Source of the DNA: a virus
Strand: one strand, 5' to 3'
DNA length: 64,000 nucleotides
Virus record (IMG/VR): IMGVR_UViG_3300043446_003177
Coordinates: 108,233 to 172,232 of that record
The notes below the pieces were generated by a model that was not told the origin of the DNA, searched no databases, and saw only the letters and a program-made list of their open reading frames with translations. The position numbers and the translations under genes were made by a program. Positions 38,745-48,020 of this stretch are shown here, piece after piece (the stretch's first letter is position 1; each line of letters begins with the position of its first letter).

Positions 38745-39875
38745 ATGTCTCGCAAGTCCTCTGTGAACGACCAACAACTTATTGAAAGCATTAAAGAACT
38801 CTATGGTTCTGAAATTACTTCTGGCGACCTCAAAGGTTTCTGTGCATCTCGTAGTCTCAACTATCAGACCGTTACTCGTCGTCTTGAAAATTATAAAACT
38901 GCTCGTGGTCGCTGGAATCTTGAAGTGACTCAAGAACGTGTTGAAGAGATCGAACGTTCCTTCCAAGCCCCTGCTGTTATTCCTTCTGTGGAACAAAACC
39001 TCATTCCCGATAAAGATGATACCTTCGTCAAGTTTGGTAACTTTGGTGATATTAAAAAAATTATTCAGTCCCGTATCTTTTACCCTGCGTTTATCACGGG
39101 TCTGTCGGGTAACGGTAAAACGTTCTCGGTGGAGCAAGCATGTGCTCAACTCAAGCGTGAAATGATTCGTGTGAATATCACTATTGAGACTGACGAGGAT
39201 GACCTGATTGGTGGTTTCCGCCTTGTGAATGGTGAAACTGTCTGGCACAATGGTCCCGTAGTGGAAGCACTTGAGCGTGGCGCTGTACTCCTTCTGGATG
39301 AGATCGACCTTGCTTCTAACAAGATCCTGTGCCTGCAATCCATTCTGGAAGGTAAGGGTGTATTCCTTAAAAAGATTGGTCGCTTCGTGAAACCTGCCGC
39401 TGGTTTCAACGTCATCGCAACCGCCAACACCAAGGGTAAGGGTTCTGATGACGGTCGCTTTATCGGCACCAATGTGCTCAACGAAGCCTTCCTTGAGCGT
39501 TTCCCTGTGACCTTTGAGCAGTCCTATCCCGCCCCTGCTACTGAGCAGAAGATCCTGGAAGGCATCGCTCTGGACCTGGGTGTGGAAGACCGCGACTTCT
39601 GCAAGCGCCTGGTGGACTGGGCAGACATCATCCGTAAGACCTTCTACGATGGTGGTATTGAGGAAATCATCAGCACCCGCCGTCTGACTCACATTATCCG
39701 TGCCTACAGTATCTTCCAAGATAAGGCAAAGGCAATTCAAGTGTGTGTGAACCGCTTTGATGATGAAACCAAGCAGTCTTTCTTGGAACTGTATGATAAG
39801 GTGGATGCTGACTTCCAGATGCCCACAAATCAAGTGGATATCACTCCTGGAATTGACTCTCCGCATCCGTTCTGA
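38745..39875 (+). CDS. cobS: CobS/MoxR-like AAA+ ATPase
   Basis: GLSGNGKT, LLLDEID, TANTKGKG, NEAFLERF, ISTRRL. Confidence 0.93.
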   Translation: MSRKSSVNDQQLIESIKELYGSEITSGDLKGFCASRSLNYQTVTRRLENYKTARGRWNLEVTQERVEEIERSFQAPAVIPSVEQNLIPDKDDTFVKFGNFGDIKKIIQSRIFYPAFITGLSGNGKTFSVEQACAQLKREMIRVNITIETDEDDLIGGFRLVNGETVWHNGPVVEALERGAVLLLDEIDLASNKILCLQSILEGKGVFLKKIGRFVKPAAGFNVIATANTKGKGSDDGRFIGTNVLNEAFLERFPVTFEQSYPAPATEQKILEGIALDLGVEDRDFCKRLVDWADIIRKTFYDGGIEEIISTRRLTHIIRAYSIFQDKAKAIQVCVNRFDDETKQSFLELYDKVDADFQMPTNQVDITPGIDSPHPF

Positions 39876-39881
39876 TATAAT
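39853..39881 (+). promoter_or_regulatory. Sigma70-type early promoter
   Basis: TTGACT-17 nt-TATAAT with extended -10 TG. Confidence 0.8.
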
Positions 39882-39882
39882 T

Positions 39883-39914
39883 GGGGAAGGTAAATTATGA
39901 CCCTTCCCCTTTTT
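39883..39914 (+). terminator. Terminator hairpin for the cobS transcript, overlapping the downstream promoter start
   Basis: GGGGAAGG...CCTTCCCC plus T5. Confidence 0.6.
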
Positions 39915-39917
39915 ATT

Positions 39918-40394
39918 ATGGACGAATATCCTTATTCAGAAAGTCAATTTCAATTCACCTTATCAGATGGTGGTGATGGAACATTGGACCTTAGTAAAAC
40001 TCCTGTTAATGAGAGTATGCCTCCTTGGGGGCACAGCGACCTTGAATTTTTGATTAACAATCCTGAAATGAACGAACCTACTAATCATCTTTGGAAATAT
40101 AGTGAAGATAAAATCCTGAAAGACATTCAGGACTATGTGACTGGAACTTATAATAGTCATTACTGTGGTCACAATCAAGCATATAAAGACACACAAACTA
40201 TTGATTTGATGGCTGCAAAAGATCTTGCTGCTCATTTCTGCCAGGCAAACATTTTGAAGTATGGTAGTCGCTATGGCGATAAGGACGGTCGCAATAAGCG
40301 TGATCTCCTGAAAGTCATTCACTATGCTATGCTTCTATTGCATTTTGATGGGCACTATTCTCGTAAAGATAATGGTCTAACTGAATTCCGCTGA
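39918..40394 (+). CDS. DUF3310-like conserved phage protein
   Basis: TYNSHY...QTIDL...FCQANILKYGSRYGDKDG...DLLKVIHY; start uncertain (39897 or 39918). Confidence 0.7.
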   Translation: MDEYPYSESQFQFTLSDGGDGTLDLSKTPVNESMPPWGHSDLEFLINNPEMNEPTNHLWKYSEDKILKDIQDYVTGTYNSHYCGHNQAYKDTQTIDLMAAKDLAAHFCQANILKYGSRYGDKDGRNKRDLLKVIHYAMLLLHFDGHYSRKDNGLTEFR

Positions 40395-40399
40395 TTGTA

Positions 40400-41086
40400 A
40401 TGAAACTGAGAAAAAAAACTATGAAATTTACTGAAAAGACCATTTCCATTCTCAAAAACTTTTCTTCAATTAACCAGTCAATTTTGTTTAAGTCTGGTAG
40501 TACTATTCGCACTATTTCTGTAATGAAAAATATTCTTGCAGAAGCAACGGTTGATGAACAGTTTCCGAAGGATTTTGGAATTTATGATCTCACTCAATTT
40601 TTGAATGCATTATCAATTAATGATAATCCAGAGTTGGATTTTGAGAATGATAATTACACTATCATCCGTGATGGTAAAGAACGGTCGAAGTACTTCTTTG
40701 CTGATCCAAATGTAATTGTTACACCACCAGACAAACAAATTAGTCTTCCCAGTGAAGACGTTTGTTTTGTAATCAATACTCAGCAGATTGATAAACTGAA
40801 AAAAGCATCTTCCGTTTATCAAGTTTCTGATCTATCTGCTGTTGGTGAAAATGGAGTAGTTAAGTTAGTTATCCGAGACAAAAAGAATGATTCTTCCAAT
40901 GAATTTTCAATCGTTGTTGGAGAAACGGATTCTGAATTTACGTTCAATTTTAAAGTAGAAAACATTAAGATTCTTCCTGGAACTTATGAAGTGGTGATCT
41001 CACAGAAACTTCTTTCTAGATTCAAAAATCAAACATCTGATTTGACTTATTATATTGCTTTAGAACCAGATTCGACATTTGGATGA
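40400..41086 (+). CDS. gp45: Sliding clamp gp45
   Basis: LKNFSSINQSI, FGIYDL, YYIALE; start may be 40421. Confidence 0.95.
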   Translation: MKLRKKTMKFTEKTISILKNFSSINQSILFKSGSTIRTISVMKNILAEATVDEQFPKDFGIYDLTQFLNALSINDNPELDFENDNYTIIRDGKERSKYFFADPNVIVTPPDKQISLPSEDVCFVINTQQIDKLKKASSVYQVSDLSAVGENGVVKLVIRDKKNDSSNEFSIVVGETDSEFTFNFKVENIKILPGTYEVVISQKLLSRFKNQTSDLTYYIALEPDSTFG

Positions 41087-41229
41087 AGTATCGTGTAAAA
41101 TACAAACTTCCAGGTGACGGACGTTACTTGGAAGTTATTGTCGATGCAGATAGTCAGTCGCAAGCAAAGAAAATTGCTCAAGCACAGATTCCCTCTGCTA
41201 TTATTGTTGGTGGTCCTCAACCTATTTGA
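41083..41229 (+). CDS. 48-aa hypothetical protein (MKYRVKYKLPGDGRYLEVIVDADSQSQAKKIAQAQIPSAIIVGGPQPI), not in track
   Basis: ATGA overlap with gp45; fills gap to gp44. Confidence 0.7.
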   Translation: MKYRVKYKLPGDGRYLEVIVDADSQSQAKKIAQAQIPSAIIVGGPQPI

Positions 41230-41231
41230 TT

Positions 41232-42176
41232 ATGCGTGATGAATTTTTGTGGGTAGAAAAATATCGCCCAAAGACAATTGAAGATTGCATTCTCCCCGAG
41301 AATATTAAAAAAACCTTTACTGATTTTCTAAATAGAGGTGAAATTTCAAATATGCTTCTCGCTGGTCCTCCTGGAGTTGGGAAGACTACTGTAGCTAAAG
41401 CACTATGTAATGAATTGGGAGTAGATGTTTATGTTATTAATGGATCCGACGAAGGTAGATTCCTTGATACTGTCCGAAACAATGCGAAAAACTTCGCTTC
41501 GACCGTATCACTTTCGTCAACTGCTAAACACAAAGTCATCATCATTGATGAGGCAGATAACACAACCTCAGATGTACAACTCCTCCTACGGGCGTCTATT
41601 GAGGAATTTGCTAACAACTGCAGGTTCATCTTTACCTGCAACTATAAAAATAAAATCATTGAACCGCTCCATTCCAGGTGTGCTGTCGTTGAGTTCGGCA
41701 TCAAAGGAAAGGAAAGAACCTATCTTGCAGGTGCGTTCTTCAAAAGATTGCAAGAAATCTTGGATAAAGAAGGTATCGAATATGATGAAAAAGTTCTTGC
41801 CGAAATCATCAACAAGCACTTCCCCGACTGGCGACGAGTCCTCAACGAGTGTCAAAGGTACTCGGTGGGAGGAAAAATTGACTCAGGAATTCTTGCATCT
41901 TTCTCAGACATCTCTGTAAATGAACTTATTAAAAATCTCAAGGATAAGAACTTTACTGAAGTCCGAAAGTGGGTGGTCTCCAACCTGGACAACGATGCTA
42001 GTAGTCTACTTCGCAGGATTTATGACGCCGCTTTTGACTATCTTTCACCCCCATCTATTCCTGCTGCCGTTCTTATTATTGCTAAGTATCAATACCAATG
42101 TGCGTTCGTGGCTGACCAAGAAGTGAACCTTCTTGCTGCTCTTACTGAAATTATGTGTGAGTGTGAATTTAAATGA
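41232..42176 (+). CDS. gp44: Clamp loader large subunit gp44
   Basis: WVEKYRP, GPPGVGKTT, IIDEAD, LHSRC. Confidence 0.97.
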   Translation: MRDEFLWVEKYRPKTIEDCILPENIKKTFTDFLNRGEISNMLLAGPPGVGKTTVAKALCNELGVDVYVINGSDEGRFLDTVRNNAKNFASTVSLSSTAKHKVIIIDEADNTTSDVQLLLRASIEEFANNCRFIFTCNYKNKIIEPLHSRCAVVEFGIKGKERTYLAGAFFKRLQEILDKEGIEYDEKVLAEIINKHFPDWRRVLNECQRYSVGGKIDSGILASFSDISVNELIKNLKDKNFTEVRKWVVSNLDNDASSLLRRIYDAAFDYLSPPSIPAAVLIIAKYQYQCAFVADQEVNLLAALTEIMCECEFK

Positions 42177-43234
42177 TTCTTTCAAACGAAGATGCAGTAT
42201 GGGCTGCTGATCAATTTATACAATACTATTCCAAGTTTAATCGAATTGATGACTATCTTCGGTTTGTAAAATCTAGCAGACTTACAAATGCTTCTGGAAA
42301 ACTGTTTGGTCCAGAGTATGAAATTTTTTCTAATTTTGGTATTCATCCAAACGAAATGTCGTTCCAAATTCATGAGGTGGATACTTCTTTAAAACCAAAT
42401 TCAAAGTATAATCAAGATTTGTATTCTGAAATTCTAAATGAAACAGCATCAAATGCTATTGAGGAAGCAATTCCTGGAAGAACTTTGAAGTGGATTGTTA
42501 CTGAAGAAACCACTCAAAAGATAATTGGTGTAGTTAGGTTTGGATCTCCAACTATTAACTCAAAACCAAGAAATGAGTACTTTGGAGAAGTTTTATCTTT
42601 ATCTACCATCAATAAAGAATTTGTAATGGGATTTAATATAGTTCCCGTACAACCTTTTGGTTATAATTATCTTGGTGGGAAATTACTTGCCCTACTAGCA
42701 TCTTCAAATAAATTGAAGAGGGATTTTGATAAGAAATACGGAACAGATCTTCGTTATTTTGAAACAACATCTTTGTATGGAACTACTAAGGGAGTTTCTA
42801 TGTACGATGGGTTAAAACCATTTATTCGGCATATTGGAGATACTGAAAGTAAGTTTTTGCCTCTTTTTCATGACGATTATTTTCGTGAAATGTTCTGGTG
42901 GTTTAATGAAAAAGCCAACGGAGGGGAGAGACTGATCTCTGCTGATAAGTCCTCAAAGAAATTAAAAATCCAAACCAAGATGATTTCAATCATCACAAAG
43001 TCTCTTCAAGATGATTCAAAGCTACAAGAGTTTAAATCTTGTATTGAACATGCAAAATCTTTGACCGAAAAGAAAAGATATTATATTTCCAAGTTTGGAT
43101 ATGAACCAGAGGATGTGATTTCTTGGTGGAAAAAGAAAGCAAGTAAGAGATATGAGAAATTAAAGTCTGATAATTGTTTGAGGACAGAGTTGGAACTTTG
43201 GAAATTGGGCAGTGATTTGGAGATTATACGATGA
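42173..43234 (+). CDS. DUF4338 / DruA-like protein
   Basis: IPGR..W...IIG..FGSP, VPVQPFGYNYLGGKLLALL, ETTSLYG. Confidence 0.7.
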   Translation: MILSNEDAVWAADQFIQYYSKFNRIDDYLRFVKSSRLTNASGKLFGPEYEIFSNFGIHPNEMSFQIHEVDTSLKPNSKYNQDLYSEILNETASNAIEEAIPGRTLKWIVTEETTQKIIGVVRFGSPTINSKPRNEYFGEVLSLSTINKEFVMGFNIVPVQPFGYNYLGGKLLALLASSNKLKRDFDKKYGTDLRYFETTSLYGTTKGVSMYDGLKPFIRHIGDTESKFLPLFHDDYFREMFWWFNEKANGGERLISADKSSKKLKIQTKMISIITKSLQDDSKLQEFKSCIEHAKSLTEKKRYYISKFGYEPEDVISWWKKKASKRYEKLKSDNCLRTELELWKLGSDLEIIR

Positions 43235-43617
43235 CTTATGAATTGAAGGAGTGGTTGAATTCTATTAATTTTACTAAAGAAAATTTAATAGAAGAATCCT
43301 TGGATCTGATAAAAGATTATCCACCCTATATTGTTAATAGATGCTTATCTGGGCATATTGATTGCATACTCTTTGCAAATGAGATAAACATGAATCATCA
43401 CCTCGACAAAGATATGCAATATTCATTTTATCTAAATAGTCTTAGGAAAAAGAAGAGATTTTCTCCTTGGATCCGAAAAGATAAAATCAAAGATTTAGAA
43501 TGCATTAAAAAATACTATGGATATAGTAATGAAAAAGCATCTCAAGCTTTGAAGATTCTAAACAAAGAACAATTAGACTTTATTAAAAAACGACTTGAAA
43601 CTGGCGGAACAAAATGA
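43231..43617 (+). CDS. gp62: Clamp loader small subunit gp62
   Basis: YPPYIVNRCLS, RKKKRFSPW, YYGYSNEKA. Confidence 0.93.
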   Translation: MTYELKEWLNSINFTKENLIEESLDLIKDYPPYIVNRCLSGHIDCILFANEINMNHHLDKDMQYSFYLNSLRKKKRFSPWIRKDKIKDLECIKKYYGYSNEKASQALKILNKEQLDFIKKRLETGGTK

Positions 43618-44054
43618 CTAACCAAACAATTGAACCTCAAGTAAACTGGTCCCCTGATATGATGGTGGAGGTTATTCTTAATGAACCAGATGACTTTTTA
43701 AAAGTCCGTGAAACTTTGACTCGTATCGGAGTAGCATCGAGAAAGGAGAAAAAATTATACCAATCTTGCCACATTCTTCATAAGCAGGGTAGGTATTATA
43801 TTACTCACTTTAAGGAACTGTTTGCCCTGGATGGTAAACATGCTAACCTGACTGTAAATGACGTTCAGCGTCGCAATCGTATTGCCCAACTTCTTGCTGA
43901 TTGGGGTCTTATTACAATTGTTGAACTGAAAAAAATTCAAGATATCGCACCACTTAACCAAATCAAAGTTCTTTCTTATAAGGAAAAGAATGAATGGGTT
44001 TTAGAAACTAAGTATAATATTGGTTCTAAAAAGAAAAAAGAAGAGGAAGTTTGA
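43614..44054 (+). CDS. regA: Translational repressor RegA
   Basis: DDFLKVRETLTRIGVAS..LYQSCHILHKQGRYYITHFKELFALDG. Confidence 0.97.
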   Translation: MTNQTIEPQVNWSPDMMVEVILNEPDDFLKVRETLTRIGVASRKEKKLYQSCHILHKQGRYYITHFKELFALDGKHANLTVNDVQRRNRIAQLLADWGLITIVELKKIQDIAPLNQIKVLSYKEKNEWVLETKYNIGSKKKKEEEV

Positions 44055-44060
44055 TAAATA

Positions 44061-44141
44061 AGTATGAGACCTTTCGTGCGGTCTCTACGAAAGTCGGAAC
44101 ACCCTAAAAAGAGGTTCGGTTTTTACCGCTCCTCTTTTTTT
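44061..44141 (+). ncRNA. Candidate small structured RNA (pseudoknot plus terminator) after late promoter
   Basis: ATAAATA 44054-44060; stem GAGACC/GGTCTC, loop TTTCGT complementary to ACGAAA; terminator 44106-44141. Confidence 0.5.
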
Positions 44142-44163
44142 CGTTTCTTGTATAATTAATAAT

Positions 44164-44216
44164 GGATGCCGTAAGGGTCCACACAACACAAACTCGCTTA
44201 AAAAGGAGCTACTATA
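44164..44216 (+). promoter_or_regulatory. Candidate ROSE-like RNA thermometer in the hsp20 5' UTR
   Basis: TATAAT 44151-44156; GNRA hairpin, then CTCGCTT pairing with AAGGAG Shine-Dalgarno with bulged G. Confidence 0.55.
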
Positions 44217-44651
44217 ATGACTAACCTTTCGCGCTATACGACTGCAGATCTTCCTACTCTGCTCGATAAGATCACTCGCAATAGTATTGGAATGGATGAA
44301 TACTTTGACCGTCTTTTCCATCTACACGAAACCACTACGAATTATCCACCATATAATCTTGTCCAAGTCAGTAATGTGGAATCACGACTTGAACTTGCTC
44401 TTGCTGGATTTAAGAAGAAGGAGGTTTATGTCTACACGCAAGATGGTAAACTCTTTGTCGAAGGTCAAAAAGAAGATAAAGAAACGGAGTCCAACTATGT
44501 CCACAAAGGTTTGGCTCAACGGAGTTTTAAGAGAGCGTGGACACTCTCTGATGATACGGAAGTACGATCAGTTGATTTTGAGGATGGGCTTTTAACTATT
44601 ACTCTTGGTAGGATTGTGCCGGAACATCACAAACGAAAAGACTATCTATAA
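44217..44651 (+). CDS. hsp20: Small heat shock protein Hsp20
   Basis: NYPPYNL, LELALAGF, HKGLAQRSFKRAWTL, FEDGLLTI. Confidence 0.96.
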   Translation: MTNLSRYTTADLPTLLDKITRNSIGMDEYFDRLFHLHETTTNYPPYNLVQVSNVESRLELALAGFKKKEVYVYTQDGKLFVEGQKEDKETESNYVHKGLAQRSFKRAWTLSDDTEVRSVDFEDGLLTITLGRIVPEHHKRKDYL

Positions 44652-44665
44652 ATAAAAATAAAAAA

Positions 44666-44821
44666 ATGAAAACGTTTCGGGAATTTATTTCTATAATAAA
44701 TGAAATGAAAGGTGATTTTGGTTCGGATGTAAAACCACCAAAACCAAAATGTTATGGTAAAACTACAACATATGCTATGCTTCCCGGAAAACGTGTTTGT
44801 AAATTTAAACGTAAAAGATAA
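44666..44821 (+). CDS. 51-aa late basic peptide with capsid-targeting-like N-terminus (MKTFREFISIINEMKGDFGSDVKPPKPKCYGKTTTYAMLPGKRVCKFKRKR), not in track
   Basis: TATAAATA 44647-44654 directly upstream. Confidence 0.7.
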   Translation: MKTFREFISIINEMKGDFGSDVKPPKPKCYGKTTTYAMLPGKRVCKFKRKR

Positions 44822-44844
44822 ATATTATTGAATATCGTCGGCGC

Positions 44845-44897
44845 GAGGAGCACCTGGCAAAATCCAGGTTGACTCCTCCTTTTTTTCTTGCTATACT
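44845..44897 (+). terminator. Long terminator hairpin with embedded sigma70 promoter
   Basis: GAGGAGCACCTGG-CAAAAT-CCAGGTTGACTCCTC plus T-run; TTGACT(44869)-17 nt-TATACT(44892). Confidence 0.75.
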
Positions 44898-44918
44898 ACA
44901 AGGAGGTATCTAAGTAAA

Positions 44919-45314
44919 ATGACTACGAAATTAGTAATACTAAAGACGGGTGAAAATATTATTACCCAGATTAGAGAAATGGTTATCGGTGGAGAATCTC
45001 CAGAATCCGAAGAGAATAAGAGAGTTGTTGGGTATATTTTTAATAAAGCCTGTGGTATTCGTATTAAAAGTACTAAACCATCTGATGTTAAAGGTAAAAC
45101 ATCTTTGGACGTTGAATTGTATCCTTGGATTCCTTTGACTAAAACGGAAAACATTCCTGTTAATCTTGACTGGGTTCTTACTATTGTTGATCCAGTAGAC
45201 AGTTTACTTAAAATGTACGAAAAGGATGTATTGAAAAATGGAAAAAACGAAGAAACTGAAGAACGTCCAGATGTTGATTTTACTGAATCAGACAGTTCTG
45301 ATCAGTCAAATTGA
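44919..45314 (+). CDS. Conserved hypothetical protein (Sm-like)
   Basis: KLVILKTGENII...LYPWIPL; SD AGGAGG. Confidence 0.75.
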   Translation: MTTKLVILKTGENIITQIREMVIGGESPESEENKRVVGYIFNKACGIRIKSTKPSDVKGKTSLDVELYPWIPLTKTENIPVNLDWVLTIVDPVDSLLKMYEKDVLKNGKNEETEERPDVDFTESDSSDQSN

Positions 45315-45525
45315 AGAATGTGGATCTGAACTGGGAGAACCTGACTGTAGGTTAATTGAACCATTTATTGTAAAAAGCGGAATACTTGAATCTCAAATTG
45401 CGCTTGAACCTTGGTTAGTTCATTATACTGACCAAAATACATTTATGATTCATTCGGATAAAATTCTTACTATAACTCAACCTAATCCAAAATTATTAAA
45501 ATCCTACGAGGACATTTTGAACTGA
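45238..45525 (+). CDS. Conserved hypothetical protein upstream of gp43
   Basis: LGEPDCRLIEPF...MIHSDKILT; start uncertain. Confidence 0.7.
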   Translation: MEKTKKLKNVQMLILLNQTVLISQIEECGSELGEPDCRLIEPFIVKSGILESQIALEPWLVHYTDQNTFMIHSDKILTITQPNPKLLKSYEDILN

Positions 45526-48020
45526 TGAGATTTTATACCAATGTGCAAATGATCGGGAATCAATTTCTCGTCCGTGGTTATGAAAATGGTAGACATGTAA
45601 TGTTTAAAGAGGAGTATTCTCCTACTTTATTTGTACCTTCTAAAAAAGAAACAAAATATAAAACTCTAGAGGGTGAGAGTGTTGAACCTATCAATCCTGG
45701 TATGGTTCGTGATTGTAGAGAATTTTATAAGAAGTATGAGAATGTAGATGGATTTAAAATCTATGGAAATGATCGATATGTGTCTCAGTACATATCAGAT
45801 AAGTATCCAGAAGATGAAATTAAATTTGATATTACAAAAATTAAATTAACCACTATCGATATTGAGGTTGCATCGGAAAATGGATTTCCTGATGTAGAAT
45901 CTTGTGCTGAAGAAATTCTTACAATTACTATTCAAGATTATGCAACCAAGAAAATAACTACTTGGGGAGTCAAACCTTTTAAAAACAATAATCCAAATGT
46001 AACTTATATTGAATGCTCTGGGGAGCATCATTTGCTTTCAAATTTTATTGATTATTGGGATGCTAATATTCCAGAAGTTATTACTGGTTGGAATATTCAA
46101 TTCTACGATATTCCGTATATTTGCGGGAGACTTGGTAGAATTTTAGGGGAAAAGCAGATGAAAAGATTTTCTCCATGGGGATTGGTGACTCAAGATGAAA
46201 TTTTTGTAAATGGTAGAAAGCAAACTGTATATGATGTTGGTGGGATCACCCAGTTAGATTACTTAGATCTTTATAAGAAATTTACTTATAAAGCTCAAGA
46301 ATCTTATCGACTAGATCATATTGCTAATGTTGAACTTGGACAAAAGAAACTAGATCACTCCGAGTTTGATACTTTTAAAGACTTCTATACTAAAGGATGG
46401 CAGAAGTTTGTAGAATATAACATCGTTGACGTAGAACTTGTTGACCGTCTGGAAGACAAGATGAAACTGATTGAACTTGCAATCACGATGGCTTATGACG
46501 CAAAAGTAAACTATGGAGATATCTTTTATCAGGTTAGGATGTGGGATAATATTATCTACAACTACCTCAAGAAGAGAAATATTGTTATCCCTCCAAAAGA
46601 GAGATCGGTGAAAAATGAAAAGTATGCTGGTGCTTATGTAAAAGAACCAAGACCTGGCGTGTATGATTGGGTTGTTAATTTTGACCTTAACTCCCTATAT
46701 CCACACCTTATTATGATGTACAACATTTCTCCAGAAACTCTTTTGGATGAGAGGCATCCATCTGTAACTGTAGATAAAATTCTCAACCGAGAAATTAGTT
46801 TTGAACTTTATAAGGATTATGCAGTTTGTGCTAACGGCGCAATGTATCGTAAGGATGTTCGTGGATTTCTCCCGGAACTGATGGAAAAGATCTACAAAGA
46901 TCGCACCATCTATAAGAAGAAAATGCTTGCAGCGAAGCAAGAGTATGAAAAGACAAAGAATAAAGAATTAATTAAAGAAATTGCTCGCTGCAACAACATT
47001 CAAATGGCGAGAAAGATTCAACTTAACTCTGCTTATGGTGCTATCGGTAATCAATATTTCCGCTACTATAAATTAGCAAATGCTGAGGCAATTACTTTGT
47101 CTGGTCAAGTTGCAATCCGTTGGATTGAAGAAAAAATGAATAACTACTTCAATAAAGTTTTTAAAACTGAGGATGTTGATTATGTTATTGCTTCAGATAC
47201 TGACTCCATTTATCTTAATATGGGTCCTCTGGTTGAAACTGTATTCAAGGGAAGAGAGAAAACTACTGAAGGCATTGTTTCGTTCCTTGATAAGGTCTGT
47301 CAGGTGGAACTTGAAAAGTATATTGAAAGTTCTTACCAAGAACTGGCTGAGTATGTAAATGCTTATGACCAAAAAATGTTCATGAAGCGCGAGAATATTG
47401 CTGATCGTGGTATTTGGACTGCTAAAAAACGGTACATTCTTAATGTATGGGATAGTGAGGGTGTTCGTTATGAGGAACCCAAACTCAAAATCATGGGCAT
47501 TGAGGCAGTCAAGTCATCTACTCCAGCACCTTGTCGGAAGATGATTAAAGATGGACTTAAATTGATGATGAGTGGAACTGAAGATGATGTAATCGACTTT
47601 ATTGATAAGAGTCGTGAAAAGTTCAAAACTCTTCCACCAGAAGAGATTGCTTTTCCTCGTACAGCTTCTGATGTTCGTAAATATACAGCATCATCTACAA
47701 TCTATAGTAAAGGAACACCAATTCATATTCGCGGAGCACTTCTCTTTAATCACCACATTAAAGAGAAAAAGTTAACCAATAAATATTCTCTCATTGCAAA
47801 TGGTGAAAAGGTTAAGTTTATCTTTTTAAAGAAACCAAATACAATTCAAGAAAATGTTATTGCATTTATTCAAGATTTTCCAAAAGAACTTGGATTAGAT
47901 AAGTACATTGATTATGATACTCAATTTGAGAAAGCATTTCTAGAACCTTTAAAAATTATTCTAGACTCTATTGGGTGGTCAGTTGAAAAGAAAATTAGTC
48001 TTGAAGATTTTTTCTCATGA
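45525..48020 (+). CDS. gp43: Family B DNA polymerase gp43
   Basis: DIEV exonuclease motif, FDLNSLYP, KIQLNSAYG, SDTDS. Confidence 0.98.
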   Translation: MRFYTNVQMIGNQFLVRGYENGRHVMFKEEYSPTLFVPSKKETKYKTLEGESVEPINPGMVRDCREFYKKYENVDGFKIYGNDRYVSQYISDKYPEDEIKFDITKIKLTTIDIEVASENGFPDVESCAEEILTITIQDYATKKITTWGVKPFKNNNPNVTYIECSGEHHLLSNFIDYWDANIPEVITGWNIQFYDIPYICGRLGRILGEKQMKRFSPWGLVTQDEIFVNGRKQTVYDVGGITQLDYLDLYKKFTYKAQESYRLDHIANVELGQKKLDHSEFDTFKDFYTKGWQKFVEYNIVDVELVDRLEDKMKLIELAITMAYDAKVNYGDIFYQVRMWDNIIYNYLKKRNIVIPPKERSVKNEKYAGAYVKEPRPGVYDWVVNFDLNSLYPHLIMMYNISPETLLDERHPSVTVDKILNREISFELYKDYAVCANGAMYRKDVRGFLPELMEKIYKDRTIYKKKMLAAKQEYEKTKNKELIKEIARCNNIQMARKIQLNSAYGAIGNQYFRYYKLANAEAITLSGQVAIRWIEEKMNNYFNKVFKTEDVDYVIASDTDSIYLNMGPLVETVFKGREKTTEGIVSFLDKVCQVELEKYIESSYQELAEYVNAYDQKMFMKRENIADRGIWTAKKRYILNVWDSEGVRYEEPKLKIMGIEAVKSSTPAPCRKMIKDGLKLMMSGTEDDVIDFIDKSREKFKTLPPEEIAFPRTASDVRKYTASSTIYSKGTPIHIRGALLFNHHIKEKKLTNKYSLIANGEKVKFIFLKKPNTIQENVIAFIQDFPKELGLDKYIDYDTQFEKAFLEPLKIILDSIGWSVEKKISLEDFFS

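Noticed and set aside
38745-39875. cobS as evidence of cobalamin biosynthesis
   Set aside because: It is a MoxR-type AAA+ ATPase near a VWA protein, common in T4-like phages; no other cob genes are present in the window.
44085-44321. Minus-strand 78-aa ORF across the regA-hsp20 gap
   Set aside because: It is antisense to hsp20 and to the structured RNA elements, with no supporting signals.
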